From Callorhinchus milii (Eukaryota), in assembly GCF_018977255.1 (NCBI RefSeq), contig NW_024704743.1:25422001-25486000 (forward strand): a stretch of 64,000 nt of DNA. The letters are read 5' to 3'. The notes beneath the pieces are model-generated. The model was given only the letters and a program-made list of their open reading frames with translations. It was not told the DNA's origin and did not search any database. Shown here one piece after another: positions 49,301 to 58,386 of the stretch; position 1 is the stretch's first letter; every line of letters begins with the position of its first letter. The position numbers and the translations under genes are program-made.

Positions 49301-52300
49301 ATGAGGAAGAGATCATTCTCATTCCCTGTCATACCTCTCAAATGTCCCGTAATATCCATGTGTTAAATCTTTCCCGGGGGGTAACCTTTTGGATATTCCT
49401 TAATTAAATAAATAAATACGTTAAATAAAATGATAATTTTAGTCGAGGAGAGTGCCTTGGACCTGCAATGCTGGGAAAGAAATATTTTTTAAAAATCGCA
49501 GAGCTTAAAATTTACAAAATAATAATCACTTGAAGTGGTGGGTGACAGAACCTCAGAAGGAAGAACACACTTATCTGTTGTGGTGTGCTGATAATTCACA
49601 CCAGCATTACTTTACGCACGAAGTAAAAGATACCCTTCTCCCACTGCAAAAATGACCCAATAATTCCACCTTTCTATGGCTGATACCTTTAGCATCAATA
49701 GAATGCTCAAGTACTCTAACATGCTACCCCACGTAAAGGGCGATTGCCTGTACTAGATAAAATGCTTTATAAATGCAAGTTGTTGTTGCTGTTCTATTTT
49801 TTCTGTAAGATTATGCTATGTTGATTCCATTATCCCAGCATTCCCCAAACTGTTATAATAACCAACCTATTGACGCTCCAGGATCCGTGGACAGGTTGGT
49901 TACTCCTTGTATACTACATGTACCTGGACATTGGACTCAGGATGGAATTGAGGTGGTTTGCCCAGTAGAAAGAGCTTCCGTGAATTTTGGGACTCTGATA
50001 TCCGTGGTTCAGAGGTTAATCAGAGGTGTCAGCCAAGTTCATTTGGTAGGATTCTCGCCTCTAAGTCAGATGTTTGTGGGTTCAAGTCCCATGAACTCAT
50101 GGGACTGGTTGACACCAATACAGTCCTTGGGGTGCGCTACATTGTCAGAGGTACTATCTTTTGGATCCTTCAAACTAGAGTCCCATCTGTATGTTCAGAT
50201 AGATGTTAAAGATCCCATGGCATTATTTGAAAGCAAAAAGGGTTTCTGCTCTACAATTCCCCAGATAAAATTGTTTATTCACATCATGGCTATCTTTTTG
50301 ACATTGCTTTACGTAAATTTAATACTAAATAGTATTAGTATGGATTATTGTAGGATTCATTTCTAAAAAGGATTCTCACCTGCAAAATTGTTGCATTGAA
50401 TGAATCACCAGATCCACCATCGCCATCTAGTGGAAATTGGAGACACTCCATGTAAACACATATTAAACAAACACTATTTTAGGTTGACACAGGAATTAAG
50501 AGACCTGAAGCTCAATAGATACTCCTTAGAGGGGAATCCCCAATGATCAGTGAATGACGGCATCACCTGATTCAGCACTAAGGCCACACAGATCAATAAA
50601 CTACAGGTTCAAATCCCAGTCTATGCTGAATTAACTATCTCAGCTCCAGCAGTAAGTGGGGTATTTCAATTATTGCCTGAATATTAAGGAGGGAAATATC
50701 AGCCAGGCTTTCTTTCTTCTCTGGATCGCTCACTAGAAGTCCCTGCTGGTAGGTGTTCATGTTGACCCTGAGTGAGGACAAAGTTGGGCTTGGCTCTGAA
50801 TGCCCCCACCCACCGGTAGAATAACTGCCAACTCTCACTGTCAGGGCTCACATCTGGTTACTTCAGGAAAAGTATTGGAGGCCAACCTGCACCTGTGAAG
50901 CTGTGTCCCAGTAGAATGAAAAATGAGGAGAGAGAGAAGTAAAGAGGAAGTGATTGTTCAGTGAGCTGTGTCTTCAATTCCAGGAGGTGTGTTATTATCT
51001 GTGGAAGTTGGCTGAAAATGCCTCTCTCCACCACAGCTTTCACTTTTCTTCTTTTAGCCACAATCCCTTTAAGTCAATAATTCCTCAGTGGTGTTGAGGG
51101 TTTGTGATGACCATTTTATCTCTCCACTTCCAAAGAAACGTTAAAATGTACAGCGTAGAAAGAGGGCATTTGACCCGTCAAGTCTGCACCTGCTCTCAGA
51201 GCAAGCTGTTTTATTCAATCGCACTGCCCCACCCTATCCCCATATCAGTTCAAGCCTCCATCATCCCTGTCTGCTTTCCCTCTTGAAATCCACAATGGAC
51301 TCTGACTCTACCCCTTACGTGACAGAGCATTCCATATCCCAACAACTCAAGAATGAGATTGTGGGAAATAAAATGCTGTAAAATCTCAGTTTTGAGAGAA
51401 GATGACTCAGATGGAAAAGACCGGGACACTGGACTTATTTAAAAAGCAGGTGATGCTGTAGGGTGGGTGTTCTGGACTGATGTGAACAGGTTTCATCCAG
51501 ACCAATCTTGTGATCTTGTGAAAAATGCACTTGTAAGCATCGCACCTGAGGTCTGAAATTCCCTCAATTCTTAATCTGTGAGAGAATTATACCCTCAATT
51601 TGAGATTGTGCAGAATTCTTGGAAAATTCTCAACTTAAGTCTTATTTGGAAGTGTTTTTTTTCTGCAGTTTGTAACAAACAACTGCTTCCCAATGACTGA
51701 ATGACTGAATTAGAACATCTCTGCTTAAACCCAGCCAGCCACCAGCACCCAGGAACAAATGCTTCTCGTGAATCATTTACCCAGTGACTCTGTTGAGTGA
51801 TTTTCTGGAGCACTGACCCTGTTTGTTTTCATATCCAGGGACAAAGCAGCTGCTGGGTTGTCTGAAGATGAGCTGAGGACAAGGTCTGGCTGCCACTACC
51901 TCCACTTTGCAGACATGCTGTATTGTGCTGAGAACCACATCAGAAGTGAGTTGCACTCTTTGCATCCCTGTCAATGATGGCGTTTCCTGTAGTTGTGCGT
52001 CTGTAGAGAGAGAGAGAGAGAGAGAGAGACACAAATGAGCTGAATTTTTATTTCTCCGTACGTGCTTCTTCTGTCCTATTGTCCTGAAGTCATGATTCAT
52101 GCTAGGCATAGTTCTGTGGTGGCTGGGCGCTCCATGGTACCTCACATAACTCGTCATTCTCTGTGTGTGAGACCAGATAGAGCATTACCACCAGGCTCAA
52201 TGTCCTCCCATGCACTTAACAACAGGGATCACTGAATAGTCATAAAATATAGAATCCCTGCCTTTCCCTGGCCCAGCAGTATTGTGTTCATGCTTAGCTA

Positions 52301-55300
52301 GTTTTTCAGTCTACGTTCCCTTAGGTCTCTGCACCAGTCCCAGAGATACATACATAGATTCCTAGACCTAGATGATTGAAGAAAAGTTCAAAGGTCTATC
52401 AAGTTCACTCCTGGAGAATTCTTCCTCCCAATCTAACCACCTCACAATATACACCTGCACATCTTGCCTGTTGCTACCACTTTCTCCCCCCTGGATAGCT
52501 GACACTCCCTGGCCAGATGGCTGAAACGGGAAGGTTGTCGCTTAAATAATTAAGGATGCAAGCCACGATGCTAGACCCCAGTATTAGCCCAGGAGAGACT
52601 GAAAAAGCAAACCCAGAACTAGACTTTAGGAGGCACCAAGACAATAGAACAAGATGCCATAGGTTTAGAATTGCAAAGGGCAACTCCAGGACAGACATCA
52701 GGAAGATTTTCTCTCTTCAGGTGGTAATTATCAACAGGTCGACAGGAAGGGTGGTTGAGGCCAGAACACTAGACTCATTTAAAATCAGCTTGATGAGGTG
52801 ATGGGGGAATGGCAGGGTGGGTATTCTGCATGGATGAGATCAGATGGGCAGAAAGGGCCTTCTTCATCCAGACCAATCTTGTTTACAATATGCTTCTGGG
52901 GGAGGAAGGGGGTAGTTACTGTTTGGAGGAGGAGGCAGTAACAGGACTGTAGAGATAAGGGAGAAAAACATTTTTCTGTAATGAGGTATCAATGTAGGGG
53001 AGTCAAAGTCTGATATCAAAAATAGCAAGCTCCTGCCATACTTTGCAAGCACTAGACTATATTCATGTGAATATATCCTCACTCTTTGCTGATCAACAAA
53101 ATAGCCCATTCGCCCATTTTTCATGTTAAAACTAATGGATACAGTAGTAGACCATTACTGGACTCTTCTCAATAAAGGAGCAATGTACACAAGGGAACAC
53201 AAAAGTGGGCCTGATTCAAGCATTGAGAAGTCGCTTTCATATCTCCTTAGTGGTGAAGAGTGGAGAGAATGGGCTTACAGTCTTCCGAGTGCTCACAAAG
53301 GACGGCCAGTGGGTTTGGCTTCAAGCGAATGGCCGTCTGCTCTGTAGAAACGAGTGGCCGGACTACACCCCTGTGCTACCAGAAGACCTCAAGTAAGTTC
53401 CCTTTTTAATTATCAAGAAGTTGAAAGGGTTTCTCTTTCGGGAAATGTGTGATAGTTCATCCATATTTCAGCACAAAAGGAGTTTGAACAGTTCCTGACC
53501 ATTCATCAGAGGGTGAATGTGCAAATGGACAGTGTGTGGTTCATAATACCTGCACTGTTCTGAGGACGAGGCTCCTCTTGTTGATGCAAAATACTACAGT
53601 TTTAGAAATGGTGGATGACGGTGAGCACTTGGGCTACTTAAACTCAGTGGCTTTGCCAATTTTATAAACGCGTTTTCAACTTGTAGCTAAAGTCTTATAA
53701 TAATAATAATCCTTGCATTTGATATAGCGCCATATCACATCTTCAAGACGTCTCAAAGCAATTCACAGTATATACTGTAAAGTGTAGTGACTGTATATTT
53801 TGTGGGCGAAACCCGTCAGCCAATTGCACACAAAAGTGTCCCACAAACAGTCATGGATTGAGTGACCAAATTATTATTATTTTGGAGGGATTATTACCTC
53901 CGGAAAAGCAATCTGTCAATTAACTAACAACCAGATACATTAATTGATGGAGAACAGCAGTATGGATTCATAGGAGGCCTGAGAAATAGTGCTCGCCATC
54001 TAAATACTTTTTTTTATCATTAACAATAATAATCCTTCCATTTGAAGCAGTGCTTTTCATGTTGGGATGATGTCCTATAGCTTAGTGATTAGAGCACTCA
54101 CCTTGCAAGCGAGAGGACCTGTGTTCGATTCCCATGTTGGGCTGGTTTCCTTGTTGGGCAAGTTTCCTTACTTCAAATGCCTCTGTTTACATAGCAGTAA
54201 GTAGGAACCCAGTTGTTAGTCGATTGGCGGATTGCACTTCCAGGGGTAATAATCCCTTCAAAACATTTTTTTACAAAAAATTATTATTTGGTCACTCAGT
54301 CCATGATTGTTTGTGGGACACTGCTCTGCGCAATTGGTCCTGCCAGCATCACCCACAAAATATACAGTCACTACACTTTAGAGTATATTCTGTGAAGTGC
54401 TTTGAGACATCCCGAAGACATGATAAGGCACTACATCAAATGTAAGTATTATTATTATTATTACGTCTCAAAATGCTTCACAGGATTTATTGTAAAGTGA
54501 AGTTAGTGACTGTGTATTTGTAGGTGAATGTGGCAGCCGGTTTGCACACAGCAGTATCCCACACTCAGCTATGAAGTGAGTGACCAATTTTATTTGGAGG
54601 GTTTTTGGCCAGGACACTGGGAGAAATTCTCTTCTCGCTTTGAGTAGTGCCATGGGATCTTTAACATCCACTTGACCTGGTTTAACATCTCATCTGCAAG
54701 ATGGCATCTCCGACAACTTAGAGATTACTTCCCTACTCTGGTTTGTGAAAATACAAAGCAGCTCACCAGTGTACACATAATCTCTCTGTTTCTCTCAGTG
54801 GCTCTGCTCCATTATTATTTATGATTAGTGCTGGATTTTGGCCCTTTTTATGTCTTTGCAATTTTCCTCTCCCCCCCCCCCCCCCACGCATCCCCGCCCC
54901 AACAGACACATCTAATCCCTATTTATAGCAATGATGTCCTCCACTGCTGCTTAGAAGTGCATTCCTCTGGTTAGTTCCGAGGCGAGTAACCTAAGACTCG
55001 TTGGAAATTTCAGGCCTTCGATGTTCTTTTTGGTGAATGAATGGTTAACACAGGCTGGTTAAGTGAGAGGAGTGCGTGCGAAGCAGAGAAGTAACACCAC
55101 AAACCCATTCTGCTCCCTGCAGTGCTGCGTGTCTCTCAGAGGATTGCAGCACGGCTTCCACTGCAAACCATCAAGAAGAAAATTGTGTTAATCTGTTCAA
55201 TGAAGATGTTCCATTAAGGAACTCCTCTGTGGTTTAAACTCTTTTTTTCTCTCTTTGCACTTACATTTTTCCATTTGCTAGTCTTTGGTAAGTGAAACTT

Positions 55301-58300
55301 GCAGCTGATACTATGGTCGGAGAGAAATTAAGAGGTGCCTGTTATACAACAATAACAACAACTTGGATTTATATAGTGCCCTCCACGCCGGAGGGCGTCC
55401 CAGAGCGCTTTACAGTAACGGATCCGGGGGCCGAGCCAGGGGAATGGGGAGGAAGGTGATCAAAGGTGCCTTCGAAAAGAAAGGTCTTCAGCAGAGACCT
55501 GAAAATGGGAAGGGAGGGAGCGAGACAAAGGGAGTGAGGAAGGCAGTTACAGAACCTCAGGGCATAGTGGCTGAAGGCACGGCCACCAAGGGTGGAGCGG
55601 AGGACTCGGGGGACGAGGAGGAGGCCAGACCTGGAGGAACGAAGGCAATGGGTACTGTTTTGAGGAGAGAGGAGGTCAGAGAGGTAGTGGGGTGCAGAGA
55701 AGTGCAGGGACTTGAATACAAGGGTGAGGATTTTGAAATTGATCCTCTCTGGGACAAGCAGCCAGTACAGTCTGGCAAGGACTGGGGTGATCGGTGAGCG
55801 GAGTTTTGTGCGGATAAGATTGCGGGCGGCAGAGTTTTGAATGATTTGGATTTTATGGATGGTAGTGGATGGGAGACTGGCGAGGAGGGCATTAGAGTAG
55901 TCCAGCCGAGAGGTGATAAAGGCATGGACCAGGGTTTCAGCGGCTTTTGGGGAGAGGTATTGGCGGAGACGGGCAATGCGTCAGAGGTGGAAGAAGGCGG
56001 TGCTGGTGAGGGACCGGATGTGGGGGAGGAAGGATAATTGGGGGTCGAACCTGACGCCTAGATTGCGTAGGTATAAAAGTGTAGTTATAAAAGTGGGTAG
56101 GAGGTTTCAGGGAAGATTGCTTTGTGCTCTGGTCACTTCCTTTTCCCCCTGAGATGGCGATGTGAGTCCATATTAGTGTTGGCTGTTGGAGGCAATCCAC
56201 AGGCATGGAGATGCATGCAGTATGCCAGTAACTCTGTTTGCTGCACTGATAGTATTTCCATTGATTTTTGCAAATGGCTTAAATGCATCAAACCATCATT
56301 CTGTGTGAGGAGAGATGGGAGGGGAAGAATATGACCTATTGGACCAGAAGTCCTAGTAGTAAATAGGAACCTGGTTGTTAGTCGATTGGCGGATCCCTTT
56401 TCAGGGAGTAATAGCCACCTTCTGAGGACAATAAATGCTGGTTCTGCCAGTGTCACCCACATCTTTAGCTCCTCTCAGTCACACTCTTGACACACATGGT
56501 AAAGGGTTCCCTCACTGCGTTAAATAATTGCATTAGCGCCCACATGGTCTGTTGAAGGGTACGAGGGATGGAGGATACTTTGGGACTAGCCAGGTGAATG
56601 GCAGTGTTCTTTTCTGCTCCACGCAATAAACATACACTCACGTTAGTATCTGATACATGCCAAAACCCATCACCATGATTAAGAGTATCTAACCAGACAT
56701 AATTAGTCCAGCTCTACGAGTTAGGGCTCTATCGTGCACGGTTAACAGGAGCTGAGTGAGAAGTATCCCTGCCCCCCAGTGTCTGTCTCGCCCCTCATGC
56801 TCATGAGCCAGGCTGGTTGTGCTGTCATCAGCAGTGCCCAGGAGTACTGCAGACTTGCCTGGTTCAGGAACTGGGTTACCTGAGACCATCACAGAGGGCT
56901 GGCTCGATTCCAACATTCCTTCACCAAGGACGTCAGCTTAGAACCAGTTCAGCTACAAGGAGACGCCGCTTACCTTCCCCCTCCACCCCGGAGGACAGTA
57001 ATAAATCCAATGATAAGTTCACTAGCTGGGATTGCTCTCAACCTGAAGTGCTATTGTGACTTATTCTCCACCTTTTTATCGAGGACTTGTGTACATTATA
57101 TTGTTTTTCATTGATCCTATTTTCACAGACAGATAGAGGAAACTGAAGAAAGAGAGAATACGAGAAAAGTGTTCAGGGAAGATCGATTAACCGGCACCGG
57201 TGTTGGTCTGCCATACAGTGACTGCAGTGAAACATCCCTACCACTAAAACATCTGTTCAGTCAGCAGCTGGCAAAAGCCACGAACGAAGGGAGGGAAGCA
57301 AAGTGCACACCTATTCAAGGTGAAAGTGCTGCCGGTCAAGAGGAGCCGCTCAATTTCTGCACCTCATTTTCCAGGGCTCACAAAGCTTCTATCACGCACA
57401 ACTTGTGGGTATCGGAACACTCCAGGGACTCGTCAAACTCACAGCCCTTGAGAGCCATGCAGAGGCTCAGTAACGTTCCCATCAGGATGCCAAGGACTTT
57501 GGGTAACAGGGGAAGGCCGCTCTGTGAGCCTCAGCACAGGGGGAACAGCCAGGCCTCCAATATCCCCAACCAGCCTCAGGGCTTTGGCAGCATTGGGGAG
57601 GAGGTGGAGTCTTATGGTGCCCTGCACCATATTGATTTGGAGAGCTACCCCGGGCAGAGCTGCAAGTCGGAGGGCACACTGGTGCCCTCTGAGCACAGCC
57701 ATCAAAGAGGCAGAGAGACGCCCACAACCTATTGCAATCCCCAGATGTTCCCCGGGGTGCACATCAAAAGCGAGTATGATGCTGAGCCAGAGAACAGGCC
57801 AGACCTAACCATCGGAACGCCGGACCGTTTGTGGGCTGACGGTAGAGAAATGGGGAAGAACACAATGGCGAGCTACACCTATCAGCCACCTTTCAAGGTT
57901 AATCCCAACGTTTTGGAACAGGTGCCACCCTCTAAGAAACTGAAGGGCGTCTTCCACCAACAGTACTGTAGGGTGGGCCCGGCAAAGGATCCCAACACCT
58001 GGACCACAAGCAGCATTTGTAGCCTCAATAGCCCTTTGAAACCCAATAAAGACTTGACACACCTTGGTTCCCAGACACACTTTGGTTCCCAGACAGCTGC
58101 TCATTCACATTGCATTCACAGCAACCAGCACGTTGACTGTCAAGAAGGGCAGACTTATCTCCACCACACTTTGGAAGACAAAGGTCTGAGCCAGGAGTCA
58201 TGTAGGCTACCAAGGCAGTTCAACAGACATGATCTAGTCCACACAGTCATCAAACGGGAGCCCGCAGCCTCTCCCCCTTGGTGCCCTGAGGATCCCCACA

Positions 58301-58386
58301 ACATACAGACGGCATTCCAGAGAAATATGCCCAACTGTTTGCTGAATTCATTGACTCACAAAATCACCCAGAATGCTTATTTGTAA
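19207..58386 (+). CDS. AHRR: Aryl hydrocarbon receptor repressor (bHLH-PAS), 5'-partial multi-exon CDS; bHLH exons lie outside the window
   Basis: Eight exons with GT-AG boundaries and matching phases (1,0,0,1,0,2,1,2) total 2180 nt: 2 nt of a split codon plus 726 codons including the stop. AHRR-type motifs [50 protein letters not shown] and C-terminal VIKREP. AHR instead has LHWALNP and LDNSSGFLAMNFQG. Confidence 0.93.
19650..19785. promoter_or_regulatory. Pair of TNGCGTG XRE matches just after the linker exon
   Basis: CACGCCA 19650-19656 and TGGCGTG 19779-19785. Confidence 0.35.
22105..22480 (+). mobile_element. Old CR1 3' fragment
   Basis: gagaggggacctgatagaattg...aaaggatttgatagggtggat...tttccccttg, the typical RGDLIE..KI.KG.D.V...FP coding end. 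Confidence 0.6.
23747..24305 (-). mobile_element. L2 LINE 3' fragment
   Basis: ORF 23805-24266 contains [25 protein letters not shown]; (TTG)n tail. Confidence 0.8.
24620..25690 (-). mobile_element. CR1-like 3' fragment with (TCTTGTGA)n tail, interrupted by a SINE
   Basis: tcacaagatcacaagattggtctggatgaaaaaggccct tail, also seen on the + strand at about 51497-51520 and 52855-52881; degenerate CR1 ORF2 end at 25260-25690. Confidence 0.6.
24916..25256 (+). mobile_element. SINE family A, short form
   Basis: Same head, body and tail as 32324-32646. Confidence 0.9.
26759..27415 (-). mobile_element. L2 LINE 3' fragment
   Basis: Minus strand encodes an L2 ORF2 end ([10 protein letters not shown]...IQNSAARVL...[19 protein letters not shown]...[11 protein letters not shown]); ends gacgtcctcccgacgtgaaaggcgctcaataaatgg-(TTG)n. 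Confidence 0.85.
27905..28817 (+). mobile_element. CR1 LINE 3' fragment inserted in a minus-strand Deu-type SINE
   Basis: [76 protein letters not shown]1 tail gggctgaatggcctccttctgtgctgtataattctatga. SINE halves at about 27690-27900 and 28818-28940. Confidence 0.9.
28962..29340 (-). mobile_element. SINE family A, long form
   Basis: Head, central block, Deu-like body and (TTA)n tail. Confidence 0.9.
31569..34845 (-). mobile_element. Decayed, 5'-truncated non-LTR retrotransposon (APE end, RT, Cys-rich C-terminus, 3' UTR); not CR1 or L2; interrupted by SINEs
   Basis: Minus-strand motifs in order: APE TAIDHV...SDHW (~34755-34663); [15 protein letters not shown] (~33860); [36 protein letters not shown] (~33450); [28 protein letters not shown] (~33060); [10 protein letters not shown]...CPSC (~32200). 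Stops and frameshifts throughout. Confidence 0.85.
32324..32646 (+). mobile_element. tRNA-derived SINE family A, short (internally deleted) form
   Basis: Head gtggagtcctgtagctcagtggttagagc...gttcaattcc with A and B boxes; Deu-like body tgtttgtgggacattgctgtgcgcaattggctgcc; tail tatcaaatgcaaggattattatt. Confidence 0.9.
34845..35052 (-). mobile_element. Second 3' UTR copy of the same LINE, abutting the 5' end of the long copy
   Basis: catcaccatgtttaaaagtatcaaact...ttggtaagagccaagctttggggatcccagag matches 31620-31840. Confidence 0.65.
36010..36365 (-). mobile_element. SINE family A, long form
   Basis: Same organisation as 28962-29340. Confidence 0.85.
36794..37490 (+). repeat. About 700 bp direct duplication, copy 2
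   Basis: Colinear with 3985-4690, with scattered substitutions and small indels. Confidence 0.95.
38312..38650 (+). mobile_element. SINE family B (DeuSINE-like)
   Basis: ggtgccgtccttcggataa...aaaccgagactccatctgcctgctcagg...tgtttgtgggacattcctg. Confidence 0.75.
38853..38867. promoter_or_regulatory. Candidate CTCF motif
   Basis: TGCCACCTGGTGGCA fits YGCCMCCTRGTGG; motif match only. Confidence 0.3.
39099..39188 (+). CDS. AHRR: AHRR exon: start of PAS-A
   Basis: ttgtcacag|GCA CTG AAC...CAT CAG|gtaagg; 90 nt; [30 protein letters not shown]. Confidence 0.97.
39385..40010 (+). mobile_element. L2 LINE 3' fragment
   Basis: [20 protein letters not shown]...[11 protein letters not shown]...LHWLPI; tail gatgtcctcccgacgtgaaaggcactatataaatgtaattttgttgttg. 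Confidence 0.85.
42445..42580 (+). CDS. AHRR: AHRR exon: PAS-A
   Basis: cgctcgcag|ACT GAT...AAC A|gtgagt; 136 nt; [45 protein letters not shown]. Confidence 0.95.
43852..43979 (+). CDS. AHRR: AHRR exon: PAS-A, C-terminal part
   Basis: tattccag|AT GAT GAC...TTC CTG|gtacgt; 128 nt; (N)[42 protein letters not shown]. Not in the ORF track; translated by hand. Confidence 0.95.
45879..45950 (+). repeat. Short tandem repeat (agtattttaag variants)
   Basis: gaagagtattttaagagtattttattttaagagtattttaagtattttaagtattttaagagtattttaagag. Confidence 0.9.
47365..47572. repeat. Imperfect inverted repeat (foldback or MITE-like), arms about 90 bp
   Basis: Left arm ...ttcttagcatttcaaaag...atttggcaaa...ttaattttgaaacc (to 47453); right arm from 47476 ggtttcaaaattaa...tttgccaaat...ctttgaaatgccaagaa... 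Confidence 0.75.
48446..48645 (+). CDS. AHRR: AHRR exon: end of PAS-A and start of PAS-B-like region
   Basis: ctctgtcag|ACG ATG CAG...GCA AA|gtaagt; 200 nt; [66 protein letters not shown](K). Confidence 0.97.
50027..50320 (+). mobile_element. SINE family B (DeuSINE-like)
   Basis: tctcgcctctaagtcagatgtttgtgggttcaagtccc...gatgttaaagatcccatggcattatttgaaa. Confidence 0.75.
50421..50433. promoter_or_regulatory. Candidate CTCF motif
   Basis: CGCCATCTAGTGG is a common variant of the CTCF core; motif match only. Confidence 0.35.
50590..50935 (+). mobile_element. Third, older SINE-like dispersed repeat (related pieces at about 31370-31565 +, 14505-14680 -, 52130-52290 -, 59720-60030 -)
   Basis: caggttcaaatcccagtctatgctga...ggagggaaatatcagccagg...gtgaggacaaagttgggcttggct...actctcactgtcagggctca recurs in diverged form. 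Confidence 0.5.
51839..51945 (+). CDS. AHRR: AHRR exon: PAS-B-like, first part
   Basis: catatccag|G GAC AAA...AGA A|gtgagt; 107 nt; (K)[35 protein letters not shown](M), compare [23 protein letters not shown]. Translated by hand. Confidence 0.92.
52005..52029 (+). repeat. (AG)n microsatellite 60 nt after the first PAS-B exon
   Basis: Direct reading. Confidence 0.85.
53251..53392 (+). CDS. AHRR: AHRR exon: PAS-B-like, second part
   Basis: atctccttag|TG GTG AAG...CTC AA|gtaagt; 142 nt; (M)[46 protein letters not shown](K), compare AHR [30 protein letters not shown]. Confidence 0.93.
53698..53935 (-). mobile_element. SINE family A, 3' half
   Basis: taataatccttgcatttgatatagcg...ctaacaaccag. 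Confidence 0.8.
54072..54462 (+). mobile_element. SINE family A, long form
   Basis: gtcctatagcttagtgattagagc head; ctctgtttacatagcagtaagtaggaacc central block. Confidence 0.85.
55345..56066 (-). mobile_element. L2 LINE 3' fragment
   Basis: Minus strand RNLGVRFD...HIRSLT..AFFHL..IARLR....[15 protein letters not shown]; (TTG)n tail at 55345. Confidence 0.85.
56645..56995 (-). mobile_element. Internally deleted 3' copy of the same LINE family
   Basis: ORF 56689-56916 begins MLESSQPSV; gctgtcatcagcagtgccc and cctgcccccagtg are shared with 31960-32120. Confidence 0.7.
57129..58386 (+). CDS. AHRR: AHRR last coding exon: C-terminal repression region
   Basis: ttttcacag|A CAG ATA GAG... is the only nearby acceptor in the required phase. 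It runs into the 405-aa ORF 57169-58386 (TAA) and contains SUMO consensus motifs IKSE and IKREP. Confidence 0.9.

Noticed and set aside
49818..50366. 182-aa ORF
   Set aside because: Mostly read through a Deu-type SINE; no recognisable domain.
57130..57139. Alternative tandem acceptors (cag, tag, gag) at the last exon
   Set aside because: All are out of frame with the phase-2 upstream exon; only 57129 keeps the frame.
57439..58213. Antisense and alternate-frame ORFs over the last AHRR exon
   Set aside because: Shadows of GC-richer coding sequence.
19207..58386. Calling the gene AHR1, AHR2 or AHR3 because of the PAS-B exons
   Set aside because: PAS-A residues ([30 protein letters not shown]) and the IKREP tail are AHRR-type, and there is no acidic or Q-rich activation domain. 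A phylogeny would settle it.
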